Shown here: positions 1-10,093 of the stretch, in pieces
Position numbering within the stretch: the stretch's first letter is position 1
How the letters are laid out: every line of letters starts with the position of its first letter
NCBI GenBank assembly: GCA_963785305.1
Contig: CAWAUV010000005.1
Coordinates: 416,001 to 480,000, forward strand
Reading direction: 5' to 3'
Source of the DNA: an uncultured Planctomycetaceae bacterium
GTDB lineage: Bacteria; Planctomycetota; Planctomycetia; Pirellulales; PALSA-1355
Length of the DNA stretch: 64,000 nt
Program-made: the position numbers and the translations under genes
The notes under the pieces: generated by a model
The model's input: the letters and a program-made list of their open reading frames with translations, nothing else
Database searches by the model: none
Told to the model about the DNA's origin: nothing

Positions 1-15
1 CCGCTTTCGCACGAT

Positions 16-987
16 GTGAAAGATTGGAAATTCGAAAACGTCGACGCCGAGCCGGCGCATGTGCGAATCACGATCGATACCGATATCGATTATCCGCAGG
101 TGCGGATCATTCCCGAGATCGTGGCGGCGCTCTCGCTGCTATTCGGGCTCTACTTTCTGCTGCGGGTCGTGGCGCCGCGGGTGTCGGCCATTGCGGTCAC
201 GACCGCCAAGGAAGTGATCTCGCAGCCGCTGTTTTGGATCGCGCTTTCGGTCGGGGCCACGATCCTCGCGGCCTTCACCATCATTCCCTACAACACGTTT
301 GGCGAGGACGTGAAGCTGATGAAGATGGGCGGGCTGACCGTGATCATGGTCTCCGCGATTTTGGTGGCGATCTGGTCGGCCAGCGTCTCGATCTCCGACG
401 AAATCGAAGGCCGCACCGCGCTCACGCTGCTCTCGAAACCGGTGACGCGTGGCCAGTTTATCGTGGGCAAGTTCTTGGGAGTGCTCAAGGCGCCGGCCCT
501 GCTGTTTATCTTGCTGGGCGTGGCCTTCATGTGCTGCGTGTCGTACAAAGTGGTGTACGATGCCCGCGAAGTAGCCAAGACCGAGCCGAATTGGCAAGAC
601 TGTTACGCGGAAATGATCGGCGTGGCGCCTGGCTTGGCGCTGGCGTTCATGGAAACGGTCGTGCTGGCGGCGATCAGCGTGGCGATTTCAACGCGGCTGC
701 CGATGCTGCCCAATCTGTTGATGTGCGCCTTGATCTATGCGCTCGGCAACCTCGGCCCGCTCTTGGTGCAGTCGTCGATCGATAAAAACGAGATCGTGCA
801 TTTTATCGGCTCGTTTCTGGCCATGATCCTCCCGGTGCTCGACCATTTCAATATGCAGGCGGCGATTGCGGCCGGCGCGAGTCCGCCGCTCGCCTATTTG
901 GGCTGGGCCGCGCTCTATGCGGCCGTCTATAGCACGATCGCCATGCTGCTGGCGCTCACGATGTTCGAGGATCGCGATCTCGCGTGA
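16..987 (+). CDS. ABC-2 type transporter permease (5' part probably outside the window)
   Basis: Multiple TM segments; motif SISDEIEGRTALTLLSKPVTRGQFIVGKFLG; C-terminal FEDRDLA. Confidence 0.8.
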   Translation: MKDWKFENVDAEPAHVRITIDTDIDYPQVRIIPEIVAALSLLFGLYFLLRVVAPRVSAIAVTTAKEVISQPLFWIALSVGATILAAFTIIPYNTFGEDVKLMKMGGLTVIMVSAILVAIWSASVSISDEIEGRTALTLLSKPVTRGQFIVGKFLGVLKAPALLFILLGVAFMCCVSYKVVYDAREVAKTEPNWQDCYAEMIGVAPGLALAFMETVVLAAISVAISTRLPMLPNLLMCALIYALGNLGPLLVQSSIDKNEIVHFIGSFLAMILPVLDHFNMQAAIAAGASPPLAYLGWAALYAAVYSTIAMLLALTMFEDRDLA

Positions 988-1259
988 TTTCACCCCGCGG
1001 GATTTCACCCCGCATGATTCAGCGGGCATGATTTCGTCGGCGTGTTTTCGCCGGACACGCGGAATTTCCATCGCGCGGCGCTTTACCGCGTCGGGGCGAA
1101 TCGTTCCAATGCGTCCAAGGCGGCTCTCGTCGCAAGGCCCAACGACGCTCGGCGCCGCGCGATCCCGCGCCGCGAAAGCGCGTCGACCGGCTCGGTCGCT
1201 TGGGCGCGATCTCGCAACGTCTCGCGGCAATCTTCTCTCGAATCCGGCGGCATCCATCC

Positions 1260-2732
1260 ATGACTTGGTCGGCGTTCGTTCATTCGCTCCATGCGAATTG
1301 GCCCCATTGGCTCTTCTTGCTCTTTGTGTTGATCGTGCAATTGATCGGCGCCGCGCACGCCATCATGTACAAACGCGACCCGCGGGCAGCCGTGGCCTGG
1401 GTCGGGCTCATTTGGCTTAGCCCGCTGATCGGAGTGGTTCTGTATCTGCTGCTGGGCATCAATCGCGTTCAACGCAAAGCGGTGCGGCATCGGGTGCGCC
1501 GGGGTCGGCCGCGCCCGGCGTCGCCGGCGGAAAAAGCCTTCAATCCGCGGCCAGCCACGAATCCCGACGACCTGCCGGCCAATGCGCGGCGCTTGGCGCC
1601 GCTCGAACACCTAGTCGAGCAACTCACGGATCGCGACCTGCTGCACGGCAATCACATCGAACCGCTCGTCAATGGCGACGCCGCCTACCCGGCGATGCTC
1701 GCGGCGATCGATTCCGCCACGCAAACGCTCTCGCTCTGCACCTATATTTTCGACGATGATCGCATCGGCAAGCAATTCGTCGACGCGCTTGCGCGGGCGG
1801 TGAATCGCGGAGTTCAGGTGCGGGTGATCGTCGACGATATCGGGGCGCGCTATCATTTTCCCAGCGTTCGCTCGGCGCTTCGCGCGGCCAAGATACCATA
1901 TCGCAGCTTTCTGCCGAGCCTGCTGCCACGTCGCTATTCGAACCTGCGCACCCATCGCAAGCTGCTGATCGTCGATGGCCGCTTGGGCTTTGCCGGGGGG
2001 CTCAACATTCGCGAGGGTCATTGCCTGGCTCTCAAGCCCGCGGCCCCGATTCAGGACCTGCATTTTCGACTCGAAGGGCCGATCGTCTCGCAAATGCAAG
2101 AAGTGTTCTTGAACGATTGGGCCTTTTGCTCGGGCGAGACCCTCGAAGGTCCGAGTTGGTTTCCGGAATTGCGGCCGGCGGGAACTTCGCTGGCCCGGGG
2201 CATCTCGGCCGGTCCCGATGAAGATGTCGATAAGCGGCGCCTCACGCTGCAAGGGGCGATCGCCATGGCCCGCGGCTCGATCCTCGTGGTCACGCCCTAT
2301 TTCCTTCCCGACCATTCGCTGATTACGGCGCTCAATGTGGCGGCAGTCCGCGGGGTGACGGTCGATATCATTTTGCCGGAGAAGAACAATCTGACCACGG
2401 TGCGCTGGGCGTCGATGACGCTGTTCTGGCAGCTTTTGCAGCGCGGCTGCCGCATCTGGATGTCGCCGCCGCCCTTCGACCACACGAAACTCATGGTGAT
2501 CGACGACGCCTGGATGCTCTTCGGCTCGGGCAATTGGGACCCGCGCAGTTTGCGGCTCAATTTCGAGTTCGATATCGAATGCTACGGCGAGGAACTGCCG
2601 CCGCGGATGGCTGAGTTCGCGAAGCAAAAGCGCGACGCTTCGCGCCTGGTGACGCTGGCCGAAGTCGACGGCCGCAACCTGTTCGTCCGCCTACGCGATG
2701 GCATCGCGAGGCTGTTCACGCCGTTTTTGTAA
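1260..2732 (+). CDS. cls: Cardiolipin synthase (PLD family)
   Basis: N-terminal TM pair (AVAWVGLIWLSP) and two HKD motifs (HRKLLIVD, HTKLMVID). Confidence 0.9.
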   Translation: MTWSAFVHSLHANWPHWLFLLFVLIVQLIGAAHAIMYKRDPRAAVAWVGLIWLSPLIGVVLYLLLGINRVQRKAVRHRVRRGRPRPASPAEKAFNPRPATNPDDLPANARRLAPLEHLVEQLTDRDLLHGNHIEPLVNGDAAYPAMLAAIDSATQTLSLCTYIFDDDRIGKQFVDALARAVNRGVQVRVIVDDIGARYHFPSVRSALRAAKIPYRSFLPSLLPRRYSNLRTHRKLLIVDGRLGFAGGLNIREGHCLALKPAAPIQDLHFRLEGPIVSQMQEVFLNDWAFCSGETLEGPSWFPELRPAGTSLARGISAGPDEDVDKRRLTLQGAIAMARGSILVVTPYFLPDHSLITALNVAAVRGVTVDIILPEKNNLTTVRWASMTLFWQLLQRGCRIWMSPPPFDHTKLMVIDDAWMLFGSGNWDPRSLRLNFEFDIECYGEELPPRMAEFAKQKRDASRLVTLAEVDGRNLFVRLRDGIARLFTPFL

Positions 2733-3003
2733 AGGCGCCTTCGCGATTGAATACGCCGAGTCGACGGGAACCGGCTTCGTTTGGCGCGCTAAACGTTTCT
2801 CGGCGCCAACATCCTGACATTCGGGCGGTTGTTGCCTCTTCGCTCCAAATTCGCGAAAAATCCGGCGGCCGCGCGTGCGAGCGCGGAGTTTTTGGCGCCG
2901 GGTCTTGGGAGGTTCGGCTTGGTTTGCTATTCTTTGGGTCGTGGGGCGGCGTGTTTCCGATGCACGCGCGACGGGAATCGTCGACACGACGCCGTCCACG
3001 CGT

Positions 3004-3075
3004 GCGGGAGTAACTCAGTGGTAGAGTATTGCCTTCCCAAGGCAACTGTCGAGGGTTCGATCCCCTTCTCCCGCT
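3004..3075 (+). tRNA. tRNA-Gly(CCC), CCA not encoded
   Basis: Acceptor stem GCGGGAG/CTCCCGC, D-arm ACTCAGTGGTAGAGT, anticodon arm TTGCC-TTCCCAA-GGCAA, T-loop GGTTCGATCC. Confidence 0.95.
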
Positions 3076-3160
3076 CTTGCGTGTTTTTCTGAATCACCGC
3101 CGGTGATTCGGGCTGGCCGACGTGAATGCCGCGGGGCGAATTCGCTTCGCGCATCTCAAG

Positions 3161-3310
3161 CAGCCTGTTTACAAATGCCTTCGTGGCATTTGTAAACCTC
3201 GCCAAGGCGCCGAGCAAAGCTCGTCGCGGCTCGCAAAATAACGACTGACGTCGTTCTTTTGACACCGCATCCGTGCGGCGGCGCAGCCTGTTGGATATTT
3301 CGACAGGCTG
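3161..3310. mobile_element. MITE family A, copy 1 (~150 bp)
   Basis: Ends CAGCCTGT.../...ACAGGCTG; reverse complement aligns over its full length with 33510-33658; flanks CAAG/CTAG. Confidence 0.8.
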
Positions 3311-3350
3311 CTAGCCCGCTGGCGCCGCGGCCGTTGTCGGCTACAATGGT

Positions 3351-3562
3351 CTTCGGCCGCGGCGAGTCTTCGCTAACGTGACTCTCCGTCGCTTTCCTTG
3401 GCATCCCGCGATCTTCGAACACCGAAACGGACCCACGGGCCGTTAGGGGCGAGGGTCATCGAACTACCGGTCGCCGCCGCGCCGTTGGCGCGCTGCGCGA
3501 GTGGCCGGTTCGTTGCGTCAAGGAAGCGATCGAAAGCCGCCGCCGACCCACGCGGCCCAAGA
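3351..3562 (+). ncRNA. Candidate structured RNA (6S-like rod, or gcvT leader)
   Basis: TACAAT box at 3342-3347; terminal stem GGCCGCG/CGCGGCC; central bubble; inner stem GTCGCTTTCCTTGGCA/TGCGTCAAGGAAGCGAT; two apical hairpins. Confidence 0.45.
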
Positions 3563-3625
3563 AGTGTCGCGACTGAAAAGTCCAGCGGCCATAAATCAGG
3601 ATTCTCCCCAGCCCGGATGCACTCG

Positions 3626-4807
3626 ATGACCCAAGCGCTCGCCAAAACACCGCTCCACGCGTGGCATGTCGAAAACGGCGGCCGGATGGTCGATTTCGCG
3701 GGCTGGTCGATGCCAGTGCAATACGGCTCGATCGTGGCGGAGCACGAAGCCACGCGCACCGTGGCCGGCCTGTTCGATGTGTCGCACATGGCCCGGTTTC
3801 ATTTTCACGGCCCCGGCGCCGAGCGGCTGCTCGATCGGCTCGTGACGCGTTCGGTCCGCCGTCTGCCGCTGGGCCGCATTTGCTACGCGCTCATGACCAA
3901 CGAAGCCGGCGGTATTCTCGACGATGTGCTCGTCTACCGCCTCGCCGCTCGGCCGGCAAACGCTTCGCACGCCTCGCCGCTGGGCGAACAGACAAGCCCC
4001 GCGGCGTCGAGCACTTCAGGAGGCGACTGGTTCCAGCTCGTGGTCAATGCCAGCAATCGGGCCAAAATCTGGAGCTGGATCGAAAGCCATCGCCAAAACG
4101 GCGATGAGGCCGATGTGCGCGATATGACCGTGGAAACCGCCATGATCGCGGTGCAAGGTCCCCGGGCCATCGAGCTCTTGCGACCGATGACGACCAGCGA
4201 CCCGGCCGAACTGAAATACTACAGCGGCGCCACCATGCCGGTGCTAGGCGCTCCGACGCTCGTGAGCCGCACCGGCTACACGGGCGAAGACGGTTGGGAG
4301 CTCGTCACCCGGGCAAGCGCGGCGACCGAAGTCTGGCAAAATCTACTCGAATGGGGCCGGCATCTCGGCGCCAGGCCGGCGGGGCTCGGCTGCCGCGATA
4401 CGCTGCGGCTCGAAGCCGCGATGCCGCTCTATGGCCACGAGCTCTCGGAATCGATCAATCCGATCCAGGCCGGACTGAAATTCGCCGTCGAGCTCGAAGA
4501 CCATCGATTCATCGGCCGCGAGGCGCTCGAGCGACTGGCCGCCGATGCCACCCTGCCGCGCCGTGTGGGCTGGGATGTCTCGGGCCCGCGACCGGCCCGC
4601 GAGGGCGCGAGTGTGCTGGCCGAAGGGCGCGTCGTGGGGCAAGTGACCAGCGGCACGATGGCGCCAAGCTTGCGGCGGCCGATCGCCATGGGTTTTGTCG
4701 AGCCGGGCTTCGCGGCGGTTGGAACGGAAATGCTGATCGACATTCGCGGCAGCCGGACTCCGGCCAAAGTGGTCAAGCTGCCTTTCTACCGCCGCAAGAC
4801 CTGCTGA
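3626..4807 (+). CDS. gcvT: Glycine cleavage T protein (aminomethyltransferase)
   Basis: KTPLH, FAGWSMPVQY, FDVSHM, SRTGYTGEDG, GLGCRDTLRLEA motifs. Confidence 0.95.
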   Translation: MTQALAKTPLHAWHVENGGRMVDFAGWSMPVQYGSIVAEHEATRTVAGLFDVSHMARFHFHGPGAERLLDRLVTRSVRRLPLGRICYALMTNEAGGILDDVLVYRLAARPANASHASPLGEQTSPAASSTSGGDWFQLVVNASNRAKIWSWIESHRQNGDEADVRDMTVETAMIAVQGPRAIELLRPMTTSDPAELKYYSGATMPVLGAPTLVSRTGYTGEDGWELVTRASAATEVWQNLLEWGRHLGARPAGLGCRDTLRLEAAMPLYGHELSESINPIQAGLKFAVELEDHRFIGREALERLAADATLPRRVGWDVSGPRPAREGASVLAEGRVVGQVTSGTMAPSLRRPIAMGFVEPGFAAVGTEMLIDIRGSRTPAKVVKLPFYRRKTC

Positions 4808-4905
4808 GGAACGGACCAAAAATGACATCCTGATTCGTTTACCGCTCGCCCGACCCTCTCCCAAAGGGAGAGGGGTTCGAGGAGAAGTTGTTTTTAGTCT
4901 GTTGC
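4808..4905. mobile_element. MITE family B, copy 1 (98 bp) with internal REP hairpin
   Basis: Imperfect TIRs GGAACGGACCAAAAATGACATC/GAAGTTGTTTTTAGTCTGTTGC; TGA on both sides (the first is the gcvT stop); internal CCCTCTCCCAAAGGGAGAGGG; homologous to 51846-51944. Confidence 0.75.
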
Positions 4906-4949
4906 TGACGCGCTTCCGGTGTTTTTCAAATCAAGGAAAGGTTGACTCC

Positions 4950-5351
4950 GTGAAACTCGAAAACCTGCTCTACGCGAAAACTCACGAATGGCTGGCCCTG
5001 GGCGAGGATGTGTCCGGCGGGCGAATCGCCACGATCGGCATCTCGAAGTTCGCCGTCGAAGCGCTGACTGATCTGGTGTACATCGAGCTGCCGCCCATTG
5101 GTCGGAAGCTTGCGGCCGGTGAATCGTTTGGCGAAATCGAATCGGTCAAGGCCGTGAGCGATCTGTATTCGCCCGTGGCTGGCGAAGTGGTCGAGGTGAA
5201 TAGCGCCCTCAAAGGCCACCTCGAAACGCTAAACACCGACCCCTACGAAGCCGGCTGGATGATCAAGCTCAAAGTGACTGACGACTCCGGCCAGGCGGCG
5301 CTGATGACCCACGCCGACTACGAGAAGCAGTGCGCCGAGGAAGGCCATTGA
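4950..5351 (+). CDS. gcvH: Glycine cleavage H protein
   Basis: THEW, lipoyl motif IESVKAVSDLYSP, NTDPYEAGW. Confidence 0.95.
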   Translation: MKLENLLYAKTHEWLALGEDVSGGRIATIGISKFAVEALTDLVYIELPPIGRKLAAGESFGEIESVKAVSDLYSPVAGEVVEVNSALKGHLETLNTDPYEAGWMIKLKVTDDSGQAALMTHADYEKQCAEEGH

Positions 5352-5435
5352 AGAACCATGTGCCCATGGTGGCAATTGCATATCGAGTCCGAGAAGCGCC
5401 TCGCTGCGGCCTGAAATCCTTTTTTCGAGAACTCC

Positions 5436-6780
5436 ATGCCCTATATCGCCAACACGCCCGACGATCAGCAAGCGATGCTGCGATCGATCGGCATCGGCTC
5501 GCTGGAAGAATTGTTCGCGGTGATTCCGAGCACCCTGCAGCTGCAGCGCCCGCTGGAGATTCCGCCGGCGCTCGGCGAAATGGAGCTTTCGGCCCATATG
5601 GCGGGGTTGGCGTCGCGTAATGCGCCGCCGGGCGAAAAGACATGCTTCTTGGGCGGCGGTAGCTACGACCATTTTATTCCGGCGGTGGTCGACGCCATCG
5701 CCTCGCGCGGAGAATTCTATACCTCCTACACGCCTTACCAGCCCGAGGCCAGCCAGGGCAATCTGCAGGCGTTTTTCGAATACCAAACTCTGATTACGCA
5801 GCTCACCGGCATGGACGTGTCCAACGCCAGCCTCTACGACGGCGGCAGCGCGGTTGCCGAAGCGGTGCTCATGGCCACCAGCGCCACCGGTCGTTCGCGC
5901 GTGGTCACGGCCGCGAGCGTGCATCCCGAGTATCGCCAGACGGTGGCCACGTATTTCACCCACATGGGCGGCGATATCGTCACCCTCGCCACTCCTCGCG
6001 GAACCGTCGCGCCGGCGGAACTGAAGCAAGCGCTCAATCGCGACACGGCTTGCGTGGTGGTGCAGCAGCCGAATTTTTTCGGCTCGCTCGAAGACATGGA
6101 AGCGCTGGCAGCCGCGGCCCATGAAGTGGGCGCCTTGCTGATCGTGTCGGTCGATCCGCTCAGCTTGGGCATCTTGCCGGCCGGGTGACTATGGCGCCGA
6201 CATCGTCGTGGCCGAAGGACAATCGCTCGGTAGCCCGATGAGCTTCGGCGGGCCCTATTTGGGCATCATGGCCTGCCGCGAGCAATTCGTGCGCCGCATG
6301 CCAGGCCGCATCGCCGGCCAGACGGTCGATAGCCGTGGCGTCCGTTGCTGGGTGCTCACCTTGCAAACCCGCGAGCAACATATTCGCCGCGAGAAGGCGA
6401 CGAGCAATATCTGCACGAACCAGGGCCTGTTTGCCCTCAGGGCAACGATCTATCTCGCGTCGCTTGGACCGCGCGGACTGCGTGAACTGGCTTCGCTCTG
6501 CCTGCAAAAAAGCCGCTATGCGCTCGAGCAAATTACGACCCGGGCCGGCTTCACGCCGGCGTTCAATGGGCCGACGTTCAAGGAATTCGTGGTGCGGGCG
6601 CCAGCCGGCGCGTTGGCGGAACGATTGGCAAAATCGCTTGAGCGTGGCTACTTGGCCGGCGTGTCGCTCGAGCGCTGGTATCCCGAACTCAAGGATTGTC
6701 TGCTCGTGGCGGTCACCGAAAAACGCACGCAGGCGGAAATCGATGGGCTGGCGGCTGCTTTGGGGGGTAATAGTTCGTGA
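5436..6780 (+). CDS. gcvPA: Glycine dehydrogenase subunit 1 (frameshift near 6180, probably an assembly indel)
   Basis: FYTSYTPYQPEASQG in 5436-6188; continues in another frame with LQTREQHIRREKATSNICTNQ. Confidence 0.9.
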
Positions 6781-6834
6781 CTTGAAACGCTCTGGCGTCG
6801 CGAAGCTGGTGACCATTCACTACCTTGACGGAGA

Positions 6835-7068
6835 GTGATGATGCGCATTTCCGGAAAACGCATTCGACGGACGCGTCTTATTCAAAGCGAAAAATACGTC
6901 ATAGCGGTCGAGATCGAAATGGTGATCCCCGACGACGATTCCAACGAGCCCTGCCTCGAGGCCGAGACTGTCCAGCTTCTGCGAGACATCAAGGAGCATG
7001 CCGACCGCGGGGATCTCGAATGGCTGACCGAAAAAGGGAAGGTCTACAGGTCGCTGGAGGCGGCATGA
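6835..7068 (+). CDS. Small hypothetical protein, possible orphan antitoxin
   Basis: 77-aa globular-looking ORF with GGAGAG RBS, inserted between gcvPA and gcvPB. Confidence 0.6.
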   Translation: MMMRISGKRIRRTRLIQSEKYVIAVEIEMVIPDDDSNEPCLEAETVQLLRDIKEHADRGDLEWLTEKGKVYRSLEAA

Positions 7069-7179
7069 CTCGCGTGCTCGATTTTGCGCAGGGGAGCGGC
7101 GAGACGCTTCGCCACGACGCATCCAACGAAGTGAGTTCCCTTTGTTTCTTCAGGCGCCGAAAAGGCGCGGGTAGGAATC

Positions 7180-7779
7180 ATGAAAGCGGTGTTGGTCGAA
7201 GTCCCCGTGATTCTCTCCGATTGGCGCAAAGCGACCGGCGCCGATCGGTATGACGAATCCTGGGATGGAGTGCTGCATATGGGCCCGACGCCGAACCGCG
7301 CGCATCAAGATTTGGAGTGGGCGCTCGAAACTTGGCTGCGCATGCATTGGTCGCCGCCAAGCGGCGGAAGAGTTTATCATCAAATCAACGTCGCCTCGGT
7401 TGGCGGCTGGCCGAACAATTACCGCATTCCCGATCTCGTGCTCCTGCTGCCCGACCGATTCGCCATCGACCGCAACGAGTTCTTCGAGGGCGGCCCGAGC
7501 GCGGTGGTCGAGATTCGCTCTCCCGGCGATGAATCGCTGGAGAAGCTGCCCTTTTACGCGGCTATCGGCGTGCCGGAGGTCTGGATCATCGATCGCGATA
7601 CCCGAGAGCCGCGGCTGCATATCTTGACTCCCAGCGGCTATCAAAACCCGGCGGCGGATTCCACCGGCTGGCTGAGTAGTTCGCTGGGCGTCGAGCTGCG
7701 CCGCTCGCCCGACGACAAGCTGCTGATCCGACTCGCCGCGGACCATGGTTCGCAAGGCGCATTGCCGGGCGATCGATAA
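7180..7779 (+). CDS. Uma2/DUF820 family PD-(D/E)XK endonuclease-like protein
   Basis: RIPDLV...VVEIRSPGD...KLPFYAAIGVPEVWIID pattern. Confidence 0.85.
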   Translation: MKAVLVEVPVILSDWRKATGADRYDESWDGVLHMGPTPNRAHQDLEWALETWLRMHWSPPSGGRVYHQINVASVGGWPNNYRIPDLVLLLPDRFAIDRNEFFEGGPSAVVEIRSPGDESLEKLPFYAAIGVPEVWIIDRDTREPRLHILTPSGYQNPAADSTGWLSSSLGVELRRSPDDKLLIRLAADHGSQGALPGDR

Positions 7780-7825
7780 CCTCCGCGTTCCGACCATGCC
7801 CGAACTTTCCCCGAGTAATTGATTC

Positions 7826-9279
7826 ATGCGAAACAAGCAAGCCACGCAGTTGTTGTTCGAGCTTTCTCATCCGGGTCGCCGCGGCGTCGTGTTCCCAGTG
7901 GCCGATGTGCCCACGCGGCCCGAGAGCGAATTGATACCGCCGAGCCTGCTCGCCGCCGAGCCGCCGCCGCTTCCGGAGTTGACCGAGCCCGACGTGGTGC
8001 GGCATTTCACGAATCTGTCGACGCTCAACATGTCGGTCGACACGCACTTCTACCCGCTCGGCTCCTGCACGATGAAATACAACCCCAAGCGCAACGAGCG
8101 GCTAGCCTCGTTGCCGGGTCTGGTGAATCTGCATCCCTATCAGCCCGACGAAACGATCCAGGGCCTGCTCGAAATGCTCTATGACCTCGAGCGCATGTTG
8201 GCCGAAATCGCGGGCCTGCCCGCCGTTTCGCTCCAGCCTGCCGCCGGGCGCATGGCGAATTCGCGGCGCTGCTCGTGGCGGCGGCTTATTTCCAGCAGCG
8301 TGGCGAGCGGCGCGTGACCGTGCTCTCGCCCGACAGCGCGCATGGCACGAATCCGGCCAGCGCCGCCATGGCCGGCTTCGCCACCGCCACGATCAAGAGC
8401 ACCGCGAGCGGCTATGTCGATATGCGCGACCTAGCCGCCAAGCTCAATCGCGATGTGGCGGTGCTCATGATTACGAATCCCAACACGCTCGGCATGTTCG
8501 ATCGGCACATCGCCGAGATTGCCGAGGCGGTGCATGAAGTGGGCGGGCTCGTGTATCTCGACGGCGCGAATATGAACGCGATTCTCGGCATCGCCCGGCC
8601 CGGCGATTTCGGCGCCGACATGATGCACTTCAACCCGCACAAAACGTTCAGCGGCCCCCATGGCGGCGGCGGTCCTGGCGCCGGACCCATCGCGGTGGCG
8701 AGCCACTTGGCGCCGTTTCTGCCCGCGCCATGGATCGAAAAGCGCGACGGCAAATTCGCGCTCGAATACAACTGCCCGCAATCGATCGGCCGGGTGCGGA
8801 GTTTCTTCGGCAATGTGGGCGTCTTGGTGCGGGCCTATTGCTATCTCCGCAGCCACGGTCCCGACGGGCTGAAGCGCGTTTCGGAAAACGCCGTGCTGAA
8901 CGCGAATTATCTGCTGAGTCTGGTGAAGAAAGTGTTCGCCGTTCCGCAAGGCGATCGCTGCATGCACGAATTCGTGGCCAGCGCAGCGGCGCTCAAGGCC
9001 GAGCGCGGCGTGTCGGCGATGGATATCGCCAAGCGGCTGCTCGACTACGGCTTTCACGCGCCGACCGTTTATTTTCCGCCGATCGTCAAGGAAGCGATGA
9101 TGATCGAACCGACCGAAACCGAAAGCAAATCCACTCTCGACGCCTTCGCCGAAACGTTGCTGGCGATCTCCGCCGAGCCGCCGGAGTTGGTGCGCTCGGC
9201 GCCGCACTCGACCGCGATCCGCCGGCCCGACGAAGTTCGCGCCGCGCGTCAGCCGCGCATGGCCTGGCGGCCGGATTGA
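7826..9279 (+). CDS. gcvPB: Glycine dehydrogenase subunit 2 (frameshift near 8250)
   Basis: YPLGSCTMKYNP, SAHGTNPASA, PLP motif NPHKTFSGPHGGGGPG, MIEPTETE. Confidence 0.9.
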
Positions 9280-9308
9280 GTGTCGTGGCGCTATCGGAAG
9301 AAACCATC

Positions 9309-10087
9309 ATGCCGCGAGCCGCGAGCGATCGACATTCGGCGAGGCTGCTTGTCGATGGACCGGCGAGCGGCGCGTGGAATATGGCGGTCGATGAAACTCT
9401 GCTCGAGGCGGCCGAAGCGGGCGAGTGCTGGCTGCGCTTCTACGAGTGGCAGGAACCCACGCTCTCGCTCGGCTATTTCCAGCCGTTCGACGAGCGCCGC
9501 TCGCATTTTGCCAGTCGAGCATGCCCGCTGGTGCGAAGGACCAGTGGCGGCGGCGCGATCGTGCATGACGACGAACTGACCTATCTCCTCGCGATCCCGG
9601 CCGGGAGCCCTCTCGCCTCGAGCCGCGATCGCTCTATGGTCTCTTGCACGATTCGCTTACCCGAGCGCTGGCCCGCTGGCGGATCGACGCCGAACTGTGT
9701 CGCGAACCCAAGCCGCTTGGCGCCGCGGAACCGTTTCTGTGCTTTCTGCGCCGAGCCGATGGTGATGTGCTGCTGCCCGGGGGGCGGCGCGACCAAGGCG
9801 CCGCGAAAATCTGCGGCAGCGCCCAGCGGCGCAGTCGCGGCGCCATTGCCCAACATGGCAGCTTGCTCTTGGCCCGGTCGCCAGCGGCGCCCGAACTGCC
9901 GGGAATCGCCGAATGTTCGGGAGTGCGGCTCGCGGCGGCGGAAATCCGAACGGCGTGGGTCGCGCAGCTCGAAGCGTCGCTCGGACTCGAATGCATCGCC
10001 GCCACGCTCTCCGACTCCCAACGGGCGCGGGTGCAAACACTCGCAATCGAGAAATACGATAGCGCCGCTTGGAACCGCCGGCGCTGA
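9309..10087 (+). CDS. Lipoate-protein ligase A/LipM family (frameshift near 9635)
   Basis: NMAVDE, LRFYEW.EPTLSLGYFQ, RRTSGGGAIVH, then KICGSAQRR...QHGS in the next frame. Confidence 0.85.
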
Positions 10088-10093
10088 CGCTAT

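Noticed and set aside
985..1055. Tandem GATTTCACCCCGC repeat with ~15-bp period as a CRISPR array
   Set aside because: Only two exact copies, no spacers and no cas genes
3004..3160. tRNA-Gly as an island integration site, or functionally tied to the gcv operon
   Set aside because: No integrase and no duplicated tRNA 3' end seen in the window; the adjacency may be chance
3311..3625. Glycine riboswitch before gcvT
   Set aside because: The conserved GGAGA/CCGAAG/CTCAGG aptamer elements are not recognisable
7180..7779. Uma2 gene as an anti-phage defence island
   Set aside because: Single gene from a family that is common and scattered in planctomycetes, with no defence partners nearby
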